Source: Candidatus Electronema sp. PJ (lineage in GTDB: Bacteria > Desulfobacterota > Desulfobulbia > Desulfobulbales > Desulfobulbaceae). From it: 24,000 bases of DNA. The position numbers were made by a program, and so were the translations under genes. The DNA is taken from positions 6,880 to 30,879 of the forward strand of contig NZ_JBLWEO010000083.1 of the NCBI RefSeq assembly GCF_048287395.1, given 5' to 3'. Shown in pieces: positions 8,728-17,183 of this stretch. How positions within the stretch are numbered: position 1 is the stretch's first letter; each line of letters opens with the position of its first letter. Below the pieces are notes generated by a model that had not been told where the DNA came from, did no database searches, and was given only the letters and a program-made list of their open reading frames with translations.

Positions 8728-8997
8728 GTCTATCGTGTCCGTCCTGTCTCGAGTCCCGCTGAAAAGTATTCGGAAATCATGTGCCTTGCTGAAGACTACC
8801 TGAAGAAGAGACATTGTAAACCGGTAGCTGCCGATTGTCCAGTACCGACTGAGTAAGTAACAGATGACTTGGCGTAGAGTAGGGCGAAGTTTCATCAGAA
8901 TGCGTTTGCATGGTAGGCGGAGAAGGAGTAACTTGCAGTGGATAAACTGCGCGGTGCTCACGCACAGCTCAGTTGCCAGTAACCTTCACCTTTTTCT

Positions 8998-10302
8998 ATG
9001 CAAATGACCGACCGAGCCAAAACCGTTGCTGATGCCTACCGGGCCTGCAACCCGGAAAAGCCTCTGTCTGCTGAGGATGATCGCTATGTTGATCTCTCGG
9101 AAAGCCGGGGCGTGGAGCATATTGCTGAACTCATCACCTGGAGAATCCAGAACAGCGAACCTGCCGTGCAAATCAAACAGCTTTTCACTGGCCATCGCGG
9201 TTCTGGCTAGACCACTGAGCTGTTTCGTTTGCAAAAGGAACTGGAGAACAACAAGTTCTGCACAGTGTATATGGACGTGGAAGAGCTGCTTGATCTGGGT
9301 TCGCTCAATTATCTTGACGTGCTGGTAGCTATCGCCCGCCAACTTCAGGAAGAGCTGGCCAAAAGAGACCTGCCGCTGCCAGATGTGCTCCTGAATAACA
9401 TCGCGAGCTGGTTTGACGAGTGTATTGTTGAAGAGACAAAGAGCACGGAAAAGCAAGGCTGCGTTGGAACTGAGGCGAAAGCAGGCAGCAAAATCCCCTT
9501 TTTCGCCGAACTGTTTGCCAGCGTCACCGCCAACATTAAGACTGGCAGCACCCAGCGGGAGACGATCAGGAAAAAACTGAGCCGGGAACTCAGTGTGTTT
9601 ATGGACAAGCTCAACCTGCTGATCAGTACGGCCCGCGAAAAGGTGCGCAAAAAAGGCTTTGCTGATCTTGTCCTGATTGTGGACGGCATGGAGAAGATGC
9701 ACTACGAGCTGAATTCAGAAGGTCAGTCCAACTACAACGTGCTTTTCATTCACAACGCCGAGCGGCTGCGGGCACCGGAATGCCACATCATTTACACCGT
9801 GCCGGTTTCGCTCGCCTATCAGCAAAATCTCAAGGCGTATTTTGATGACATTATCGTCCTACCGATGGTCAAGACGGATAAGCCAGGCATCAAGAAGCTG
9901 ATTGAGGTTGTCGAACGGCGAGTGGATACCAGTTTGGTCTTCGGCGGGCCTAAACTGCTGACCAAGCTGGCGCAGACCAGTGGCGGCGTGGTGCGCGACC
10001 TGATGCACTTGATACGGATGTCGATGGAGACCAAAGCCGAGCAGATTGGCGCGGCTGATGTGGATCGCGCTATCTCTAATCTGCGTAAAATCTATGATCG
10101 CCTGATTCGCGAAAACGATATCGAGCACTTCCAGCGGATTCAGCGCACTCGCCGCATCCAAGGCGGCGATGAAAAGGCGGGCCGCCTGCTTGACCAACGC
10201 TTAGTACTGGAGTATCAGAACGGCGATCTTTGGGCAGATATCCACCCAATCGTTCGCCAAATCCCCTGGGTCAAAGCTGCGCTGGCTGACCATGCAGCCT
10301 GA
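8998..10302 (+). pseudogene. STAND/AAA-like P-loop NTPase interrupted by one in-frame TAG at the Walker A lysine codon (9208-9210)
   Basis: ORFs 8998-9210 and 9229-10302 are in the same frame. Reading through gives ...IKQLFTGHRGSG*TTELFRLQKEL..., which is GxxGxGK[ST]T with the K codon replaced by TAG. A Walker-B-like, NACHT-like motif FADLVLIVDGMEKM lies at about 9661-9699. No other stop occurs in the downstream 364 codons. Confidence 0.6.
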
Positions 10303-11845
10303 AAGCACCGAATCCGTTATCAGCCGGATATGCCGCGCTCTGAGCTGGGCAGACGGCTTTGCCCTCTTCTTTGTCCTCGTCAATCTGCCAACAGCGCGGA
10401 AGGCCCTGGCCCGCCAAGTGATCACCCAGTTTGCGCGGCCCGTTGTTGAGCTGACTGTACCGCAGCAGGGCTTTGGCGGCACGACCTTAGACGGCTGGCT
10501 ACTGCCTCAGTTGTCAGGCACAGACGAAACCAGCCCGGTTTTCCTGCATGGCTTGGACCAGCTCCTGCCTAGCGGGCAAAAGCAGCTGCGGCATTTCCTC
10601 CAGCAGCTCAATTGGCGGCGTTCTGCGCTGGCTGCGATCAAGCGGCCTTTGGTGCTTTGGCTGCCGCGCCACGCTTTGGACAGCCTGGCCGAGTATGCGC
10701 CGGACTTTTACGACTGGTACAGCAATGTTTATGAGTTTGCCTCGCCGGATGAGGAAGCAGTGCAGCTGGGCAATGGCTTTAGGGCGGAATTCAACACCGA
10801 GGTGCATCCAGCCTTACGCCAAAGCAAGGCAGAAAAGGAGCAATGGCTGCACACCTTGACCGTGCTCCTGGATGAACACCCGGAACGCAACGCCTACCGG
10901 GCCAAGTTGCTTTATGATACAGGCCAACTGCATTATGCTCTGGGCAATTTGGATGATGCCTTTGCCTTGTACAAGCAATCACTCGACATCTACAGAGAAC
11001 TTGGCAACAAGCAGGGGGAAGGAGCACGTCTCAACAACATCTCTCAGATTTACCATACCCGGGGTGACTACGAAACCGCGCTCGAATATCTCCAGCAGGC
11101 ACTCGCAATTCAGCAGGAGATTGGCGATAAGCAGGGGGAAGGAGAAAGCTTCAACAACATCTCCCAAATTTACAAAGCCCGGGGCGAATACGAAACCGCG
11201 CTTAACTATCTTGAACAGTCGCTCAACATCCGCAGAGAACTTGGCGACAAGCAGAGAGAAGGAGTAATTCTCAACAATATTTCCGGGATTTACTATGCCC
11301 TTGGCGACGACGAAACCGCACTTAACTATCTTAAACAGTCGCTCGAGATCAGCAAAGTACTCGGCGACAAGCAGGGAGAAGGAGTAATCTTCAACAACAT
11401 TTCCCAGATTTACTATGCCAGTGGCGACGACGAAACAGCACTTAATTATCTTAAACAGTCGCTCGAGATCAGCAAATTACTCGGTGACAAGCAAGGAGAA
11501 GGAGTAATCCTTAACAACATCTCGTTGATTTATAAGGCCCATGGCGACTACGAAACCGCGCTCGACTTTCTCCAGCAATCACTTGTAATTCGTCAGGAGA
11601 CTGGCAACAAGGCAGGGCTTTGTACCACCCTATTCAACATCGGCCATCTTCACAGAAACAAAGGAGAAGAGGAAAAAGCCCGGCAAATGTGGGTGCAAGC
11701 CTATCTGCTGGCCAAAGAAATCGGCTACGCTGACGTATTGCATAATTTGGAGCAATTAGCCAAAAAACTTGGCTGGGAAGGCGGCTTACAGGCTTGGCAA
11801 ACACTGGCAAAGAAGTTCAACCTGGGCAAGACCAAGCCAGATTGA
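10292..11845 (+). CDS. TPR-repeat protein with an N-terminal domain of about 170 aa and unknown function
   Basis: The ATG at 10292 overlaps the NTPase stop (10300-10302) by 11 nt. There are about seven 40-aa TPR_12-like units, for example GDYETALEYLQQALAIQQEIGDKQGEGESFNNISQIYKAR. Confidence 0.85.
   Translation: MQPESTESVISRICRALSWADGFALFFVLVNLPTARKALARQVITQFARPVVELTVPQQGFGGTTLDGWLLPQLSGTDETSPVFLHGLDQLLPSGQKQLRHFLQQLNWRRSALAAIKRPLVLWLPRHALDSLAEYAPDFYDWYSNVYEFASPDEEAVQLGNGFRAEFNTEVHPALRQSKAEKEQWLHTLTVLLDEHPERNAYRAKLLYDTGQLHYALGNLDDAFALYKQSLDIYRELGNKQGEGARLNNISQIYHTRGDYETALEYLQQALAIQQEIGDKQGEGESFNNISQIYKARGEYETALNYLEQSLNIRRELGDKQREGVILNNISGIYYALGDDETALNYLKQSLEISKVLGDKQGEGVIFNNISQIYYASGDDETALNYLKQSLEISKLLGDKQGEGVILNNISLIYKAHGDYETALDFLQQSLVIRQETGNKAGLCTTLFNIGHLHRNKGEEEKARQMWVQAYLLAKEIGYADVLHNLEQLAKKLGWEGGLQAWQTLAKKFNLGKTKPD
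10890..11730 (+). repeat. Intragenic 120-bp tandem repeats encoding the TPR units
   Basis: The TCAACAACAT-type motif recurs at 11031, 11151, 11271, 11391, 11511 and 11631, exactly 120 nt apart. The units around 11300-11410 and 11420-11530 are nearly identical at the nucleotide level. Confidence 0.85.
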
Positions 11846-11859
11846 TTCGAGTCTGGCCT

Positions 11860-12150
11860 CTGCGCACTCCTTTGCCAGCTGCTTGCTCTGCTTGGTAAGT
11901 CGCTCGCCAAGGAGTTTGGCTCGGCAGAACTCCTTTCCTACTCGGCCAAACTCCTTTGTTGCCTAGCCGCATTCCTTTTCTGCCGACTCCAACTCCTTTC
12001 TTGCCGACTTGCACTCCTTTCCGGCCAAACAGCAAAGGAGTGCGGCCAAGCAAAACTCCTTTGTTGCCTAGCCGAACTCCTTTGCGGCTTGGCAAAACTC
12101 CTCTTCTGCCGAGTACAACTCCTTGCTTACCGACTTGCAAAGCAGGGGAA
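11860..12150. repeat. Array 2: about 14 phased 21-nt degenerate tandem units
   Basis: The ACTCCTTT-type core occurs at 11866, 11929, 11950, 11971, 11992, 12013, 12055, 12076, 12097 and 12118, all in 21-nt register. Inverted cores AAAGGAGT/AAGGAGT lie at 12034 (in register) and 11909 (1 nt off register). Unit is about ACTCCTTTSTTGCCGASYYRM. Confidence 0.85.
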
Positions 12151-12184
12151 ACAGGTGGCAATGGCTGGGAAATCCAGCGAAATC

Positions 12185-13822
12185 CTACAACAGCCCGTTC
12201 ACTATCGCCTTGGCCTCGTCCTGAATCCGGGCCAAGTGCGCCGCATCAATGAAACTCTCGGCGTAAATTTTGTAGATGTCCTCGGTGCCGGAAGGCCGCA
12301 GGGCGCACCAGCCGTTGGCCGCGACAATCTTCAGCCCACCGATGGCTGCGCCGTTGCCCGGTGCTTTGGTGAGAATGGCAACGATGGGTTCTCCGGCCAA
12401 GGTTTTCACCGGCACGTCCTCCGGCTGCAATTTCTTCAGCACCGCCTTCTGCACGGGCGTGGCGGGCGCGTCAATGCGAGCATAAACCGGCGCACCAAAC
12501 TGCTGCGTCAGATCTTGATAGTATTCGCCCGGATCGCGTCCGGTTCGCGCCGTGATTTCAGCCGCCAGCAGGTTGAGGATGATGCCGTCCTTGTCCGTGC
12601 TCCAGACCGTGCCGTCCTTGCGCAGGAAGCTCGCGCCCGCGCTTTCCTCGCCGCCAAAAAAAACTTTGCCCTTGAGCAGGCCGTCCACGAACCATTTGAA
12701 ACCGACCGGCACTTCAACCACTTTGCGGCCCAGCGCGGCGGCGGCGCGATCAATGATTGAGCTGCTGACTAAGGTTTTACCTATACCCAAATCAGCTCGC
12801 CACTGCGGACGATGCTGGGCTAAGTAGGAAATAGCGACGCTCAGGTAGTGATTTGGGTTCATCAGGCCCATGCTCTTGGTGACAATGCCGTGGCGGTCAA
12901 AGTCGGTGTCGTTGCCAAAGGCGATATCAAAGTCCGCCTTCATCGCCACCAGCCCGGCCATCGCGTAGGGCGAGGAGCAGTCCATGCGGATTTTGCCATC
13001 CTTATCGCAGTGCATGAAGGAGAAGGTGGAATCGAGCGTGTCGTGGAAAATCTCCATGTTCAAGCCGTATTGCGCCTTAATCGCCTGCCAGTAGGCCATG
13101 CCTGCGCCGCCCATTGCGTCCGCGCCAATGCGGATGCCGGACTTGGCAATGGCCTCCATGTCAATCACTTGGGTCAAATCCTTGACATAAGGCAGCACGT
13201 AATCGTACAAACGCAGTGTCTCCACCTTGAGCGCGTCCGCCAGCGGCAGTATTTTTACTCCAGCTAAATTGTCTTCAAGCAGCTGGTTAGCGCGGGCCTC
13301 GATAACGCTGGTCACATCGGTATCTGCTGGGCCACCATGCGGCGGATTGTACTTGAACCCGCCGTCAGCAGGCGGATTATGTGACGGGGTGATGACGATG
13401 CCGTCGCAAAGCGGTCTGCCCTGCTGGTTATGGGTGAGGATAGCGTGTGAGATGACTGGTGTGGGCGTGTAAACCGAATTCCCAGCGGCAATACAGACCT
13501 GTACCTTGTTGGCGGCCAGCACTCGCAACGCCGTGAGCTGGGCAGGCCAGGAGAGCGGGTGGGTATCCATGCCCATGAACAAGGTGCCATTGATGCCTGC
13601 TTCACGTCGGTAATCACAAACAGCCTGGGTAATGGCCAAGATGTGCGCCTCGTTGAAGCTGCGCTTAAGCGCACTCCCACGATGGCCAGAAGTGCCGAAG
13701 CTGACTCTTTCCGCGCTCTGCTGCGTATCAGGAATCAAGGTAAAATAGGCGGAAATTAATTCCGGGACATTGATTAATATCGATTGCGGGGCAGGCAGGC
13801 CTGCTAAAGGGTGGGTGCTCAT
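12185..13822 (-). CDS. pgm: Alpha-D-glucose phosphate-specific phosphoglucomutase
   Basis: Start trimmed to ATG at 13822 ([12 protein letters not shown]...), with AGGAGGAA upstream. The product is 546 aa, the same length as E. coli Pgm. Active-site loop is [17 protein letters not shown]. Metal loop is GADAMGG. C-terminus contains ...[18 protein letters not shown]. Confidence 0.92.
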   Translation of the reverse strand: MSTHPLAGLPAPQSILINVPELISAYFTLIPDTQQSAERVSFGTSGHRGSALKRSFNEAHILAITQAVCDYRREAGINGTLFMGMDTHPLSWPAQLTALRVLAANKVQVCIAAGNSVYTPTPVISHAILTHNQQGRPLCDGIVITPSHNPPADGGFKYNPPHGGPADTDVTSVIEARANQLLEDNLAGVKILPLADALKVETLRLYDYVLPYVKDLTQVIDMEAIAKSGIRIGADAMGGAGMAYWQAIKAQYGLNMEIFHDTLDSTFSFMHCDKDGKIRMDCSSPYAMAGLVAMKADFDIAFGNDTDFDRHGIVTKSMGLMNPNHYLSVAISYLAQHRPQWRADLGIGKTLVSSSIIDRAAAALGRKVVEVPVGFKWFVDGLLKGKVFFGGEESAGASFLRKDGTVWSTDKDGIILNLLAAEITARTGRDPGEYYQDLTQQFGAPVYARIDAPATPVQKAVLKKLQPEDVPVKTLAGEPIVAILTKAPGNGAAIGGLKIVAANGWCALRPSGTEDIYKIYAESFIDAAHLARIQDEAKAIVNGLL

Positions 13823-13950
13823 GGTTCCTCCTGTGCTGTTTACTGGTCGTGCTGCTTCTCTGCTGCGGCAAAAGTATCCCGTCTTCGTCAATCTTGCCAG
13901 AGAAAAACAGCAGTTGGCAGGCAGCCTTGCCCAGAAAAACGCAGAAAGCC

Positions 13951-13979
13951 GTTGACAGCTTCTGCTGTTTAGCATAAAG
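13951..13979 (+). promoter_or_regulatory. Candidate sigma70-type promoter for rpsU
   Basis: TTGACA (13951-13956), a 17-nt spacer, then TAAAGT (13974-13979). It lies about 70 nt upstream of the rpsU ATG. This is sequence pattern only. Confidence 0.35.
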
Positions 13980-14051
13980 TGACCCGCTTATGCACTTTAA
14001 GATGAACACGCAGATGGGACATGCCATTTCAGCAAAGGATGTGATTTTTTC

Positions 14052-14246
14052 ATGATAGAGGTTGAAGTTAAAGGAGACCTTGAGTACGCGATTCGTCAGT
14101 TAAAGAAGAAACTACAGATTGACGGCATCAAACGTGAACTCAAACGGCGCGAGGCTTACGAGAAGCCCAGCATTAAAAAACGCCGCAAGTCTGCTGAAGC
14201 CCTGCGCAAGCTGCGCAAGTACAACCGGATTAAAAACCGGATGTAG
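14052..14246 (+). CDS. rpsU: 30S ribosomal protein bS21
   Basis: A 64-aa, highly basic protein with the S21 signature (LRKLRKYNRIKN; EAYEKPSIKKRRK). AAGGA lies upstream of the ATG. Confidence 0.93.
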   Translation: MIEVEVKGDLEYAIRQLKKKLQIDGIKRELKRREAYEKPSIKKRRKSAEALRKLRKYNRIKNRM

Positions 14247-14254
14247 GTTTTCAG

Positions 14255-14292
14255 GCCCTGCCACTGTTCCACTTGGCAGGGCTTTCTTTTTT
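14255..14292 (+). terminator. Intrinsic terminator after rpsU
   Basis: Stem GCCCTGCCA/TGGCAGGGC followed by TTTCTTTTTT. Confidence 0.75.
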
Positions 14293-14318
14293 ACTGCCCT
14301 CCTCGCCACTGCTGTTCT

Positions 14319-15230
14319 GTGTTGGAAACCTCGCCTCTGATTGACAGCCTTGACCACTTTCTGCGCCATCTCACGGTACAGCGTAGGCTCTCTCTGAACA
14401 CGGTTAATAGCTACGGTTCTGATCTGCGGTTCTTTATAGAATTTCTCCAAAAGCAGCACATAGACGATCCAGCGCACATCACTGCCGTTGAAGTTCGGGC
14501 TTTCCTAAAAGATTGCTTTGCGCGCGAGATTCAAGCCCGTAGTAATGCCCGACGACTCTCTGCTCTACGCTCCTTTTTCGCTTTCCTGGTCTTGCAAGGA
14601 AAGCTCACTGTCAGCCCAGCAGCAGAGATAGACCTACCCAAGATTGGCAGCATTCTTCCAGGAACTCTGTCTGTCGCCGAAGTTGATCTCTTGCTCGTAC
14701 CACCTGATGCGGGCGAGACTGATCCATTGCTGTTGCGCAATGCCGCGATGCTCCACTTGCTCTATGCCACTGGTATCCGGGTTTCCGAATTAGTCAATCT
14801 GCCCGTGCAGGATTGCAGTTTGAGCAGCGGCCATGTCCGCATTCTTGGCAAAGGGAATAAAGAGCGCATGGTGCCATTCAACACCGAGGCAGGTGTGAGA
14901 ATTACAGCTTATTTGGAACAAGGCCGTCCAGTATTACTGAGCGGGCGGAGTAGCCGTTTTCTCTTTGTCACCAAACAAGGTGGAGCCATGACCCGCAACC
15001 GCTTCTGGCGGATCATTGGCGAACTGGCCCGACAGCGCGGCATCAGTAAGACTGTCAGTCCCAAGACCATGCGGCACTCTTTCGCTACCCACATGCTGGC
15101 AGGCGGAGCCGATTTGCGTGCTCTCCAGATGATGCTCGGTCATGCTGATATTGCCACTACCCAAATTTATACCCACGTTGATAAAAGTCGCCTCAAGGCC
15201 GGGCACCAGAAGTTTCACCCACGCGGCTAA
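14319..15230 (+). CDS. xerD: Tyrosine recombinase XerD
   Basis: Collinear with E. coli XerD. Shared motifs include LYATGIRVSELV, ILGKGNKERMVP, MRHSFATHML, GADLRALQMMLGHADIATTQIYTHV and a C-terminal HPRG. Apparent GTG start at 14319. Confidence 0.85.
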   Translation: MLETSPLIDSLDHFLRHLTVQRRLSLNTVNSYGSDLRFFIEFLQKQHIDDPAHITAVEVRAFLKDCFAREIQARSNARRLSALRSFFAFLVLQGKLTVSPAAEIDLPKIGSILPGTLSVAEVDLLLVPPDAGETDPLLLRNAAMLHLLYATGIRVSELVNLPVQDCSLSSGHVRILGKGNKERMVPFNTEAGVRITAYLEQGRPVLLSGRSSRFLFVTKQGGAMTRNRFWRIIGELARQRGISKTVSPKTMRHSFATHMLAGGADLRALQMMLGHADIATTQIYTHVDKSRLKAGHQKFHPRG

Positions 15231-15369
15231 TTCGTATTGCCTTCTCTCAACAGAAAAATTCTCCCTCCTGCACAAAGCAACAGCATCCTCTGACAAAACG
15301 CGGTACATTGTCGGGCGTGACCTGGTCACGCTTCAGCTATCATTCCCAAAATGCAACTCAAGCGACACC

Positions 15370-15951
15370 ATGAACCCGATGCGACATTTACCGAATCTGA
15401 TTACTGCTGCCCGCCTTATCCTCACCTCGCTACTGGCTGTGCTGCTGATGTTTGTTGAAGAAGAGAAAAAAGGGCTGGCTGTGCTCTGCTGTCTGTTGTT
15501 CACTATTGCTGCGGTCACTGACTTGCTTGATGGTTACGTGGCCCGTCGCTACGGCGCAGTCAGTACCTTGGGCAAACTACTCGACCCCTTGGCCGACAAA
15601 CTGCTGGTAACGACGGCCTTGATCATGCTCATTCCCCTGAATCGTTTACCCGCCTGGATCGCCCTACTGATTCTCTCGCGCGAACTGCTGGTAACAGGAC
15701 TGCGGGGCATTGCTTCTTCTGCCGGAATTGTGGTGGCGGCAAGTGGGTTAGGCAAGATCAAATCCATTACCCAGTACGTTGGGCTTGGCATCCTCATTTT
15801 TCCCCTCGGTGTCCTGCCGATCCCATTCCTACATCACCTCGGCCTCTTCCTGGTCTATATCGCCCTGGTGCTGACCTTATGGTCAGGCGCAGACTATTTC
15901 TACCGCCTACGCCGAGTCTTTTTGGCGGAAGAGGACAGTAATCAAGCATAA
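15370..15951 (+). CDS. pgsA: CDP-diacylglycerol--glycerol-3-phosphate 3-phosphatidyltransferase
   Basis: Start trimmed to ATG 15370 (MNPMRHLPNLITAARL). CDP-alcohol phosphatidyltransferase motif is DLLDGYVARRYGAVSTLGKLLDPLADK. Multiple TM segments. The 193-aa size is typical for this enzyme. Confidence 0.88.
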   Translation: MNPMRHLPNLITAARLILTSLLAVLLMFVEEEKKGLAVLCCLLFTIAAVTDLLDGYVARRYGAVSTLGKLLDPLADKLLVTTALIMLIPLNRLPAWIALLILSRELLVTGLRGIASSAGIVVAASGLGKIKSITQYVGLGILIFPLGVLPIPFLHHLGLFLVYIALVLTLWSGADYFYRLRRVFLAEEDSNQA

Positions 15952-15953
15952 CC

Positions 15954-16655
15954 TTGTTGTTAAAGCTTACCTTCATGCCAGGTCTTGATGGAACAGGGAT
16001 CTCCTTCGAGCCTCTGCGCAGATTTCTGCCTCACAATATTGCCGCTACCGTTATCCGATATCCGTCAGACCGGCTCCTCTCTTTTGCAGACACTGTTGAT
16101 TGCGCTTTCGAGCAGATTGCGGGAGAGCAAGACATCATAGTAGCAGAATCTTTTTCAGGGCCGGTAGCAATTGCACTTCTTGGATCAGGCAGAGTCAAAG
16201 CCAAAGGAGTCCTTCTTTGCGCTACCTTTGCTCGGCTACCCAAACGATTCGCTTTCCTGAATATGAACGCATTGCCTCTTGAATTCGGCTTTCGTGCTCC
16301 GTTTCAGAACCTACTGCTGCGGTATTTTATTGGCAATGCAAAGAAGAGGCAATCTCTTGAATCCATGCAGGAGCGAATAGCAGAGATCGTTCCCGTGAAA
16401 ACAATAGTTCATCGGATTCGTTTGCTTTCATCTCTTGATGTCCGTCCGTGGCTTCCGCATCTCAAGATGCCTTGCTGGTACATTCGGCCAACCAGGGATA
16501 GGCTTCTTCCGGCAAAGGTAGCTACTGATTTTGTTCAGGCGATACCCCACCTAGTCATAAAAGAGATACCGACATCCCATTTCGTTCTTCAGTCAGAGCC
16601 AGCAGTTTCAGCAGCAGTGATAGAGGAATTCATGAAAATCATACCTTGTGGATAA
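15954..16655 (+). CDS. Alpha/beta-fold hydrolase (start uncertain: TTG 15954 or ATG 15975)
   Basis: N-terminal PGLDGTG oxyanion-type motif and a nucleophile-elbow-like IVAESFSGPVA. The length fits an alpha/beta hydrolase. No specific family was recognised. Confidence 0.6.
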   Translation: MLLKLTFMPGLDGTGISFEPLRRFLPHNIAATVIRYPSDRLLSFADTVDCAFEQIAGEQDIIVAESFSGPVAIALLGSGRVKAKGVLLCATFARLPKRFAFLNMNALPLEFGFRAPFQNLLLRYFIGNAKKRQSLESMQERIAEIVPVKTIVHRIRLLSSLDVRPWLPHLKMPCWYIRPTRDRLLPAKVATDFVQAIPHLVIKEIPTSHFVLQSEPAVSAAVIEEFMKIIPCG

Positions 16656-16714
16656 CGCCGATTCGTTTCTTCATCCCACACCCGCCCTTGCCTCTCATCC
16701 ACGTTGGAGGGAAA

Positions 16715-17021
16715 GTATCATCTAGATGCGTCACTCAGGGTCATCAGGATGAGTCTTTCCTGTCATCTATATGAGTCTCCTAGGGTCATATAGATGACAC
16801 TTCTGGTATCATATAGATGGTACGTTCCCTCCAACGTATATAAGTCCGACCGACTTATACACGTATGTCCCTCGGACATACGTACGTTGGAGAAAAACTG
16901 GATCCTACGTTTGAGACTTCCTCGAACGTACGTTCCAGCATGTCTCGAACGAGTGTTTGAGGATTCCTCAAACGTACGTTTGACTTTTTCTCGAACGCTC
17001 GTTTGAGATTTTCTCAAACGT
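16715..17021. repeat. Array 4: about 13 phased units of 22-23 nt, each an internal palindrome or hairpin
   Basis: Family A has core TCATNTANATGA at 16718, 16741, 16763, 16786 and 16809. Family B consists of ACGT-bounded 23-nt hairpin units starting at 16861, 16884, 16907, 16930, 16953, 16976 and 16999. An example is ACGTATGTCC-ctc-GGACATACGT. Another is CGTTTGAGA-ttt-TCTCAAACG. A 14-bp perfect stem pairs 16761-16774 with 16786-16799. Confidence 0.85.
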
Positions 17022-17046
17022 ACGATCTAGTTTCCCGCCTCTGTTC

Positions 17047-17075
17047 TTGACAAACCGGGCTAGGCTCCGTATGCT
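17047..17075 (+). promoter_or_regulatory. Candidate sigma70-type promoter upstream of thyX
   Basis: TTGACA (17047-17052), a 17-nt spacer, then TATGCT (17070-17075). It lies directly downstream of array 4 and about 110 nt upstream of the thyX ATG. This is sequence pattern only. Confidence 0.3.
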
Positions 17076-17183
17076 GGTGGAGCAGGTCTTTTATCCCCTC
17101 GCATCAGCATCTTAACGCCCAGAGAAGAGCAATCTCCATCATTGGCAGACTTGAAATAACGTTCCTTCAAGAAAGTTGCATAC

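Noticed and set aside
9208-9210. TAG decoded as pyrrolysine at the Walker A position
   Set aside because: Three well-supported neighbouring genes terminate at TAG: the hydantoinase-like gene at 7048, pgm at 12185 and the M24 peptidase at 21895. TAG therefore behaves as an ordinary stop here. No pyl genes are visible in the window. This cannot be fully excluded without the whole genome.
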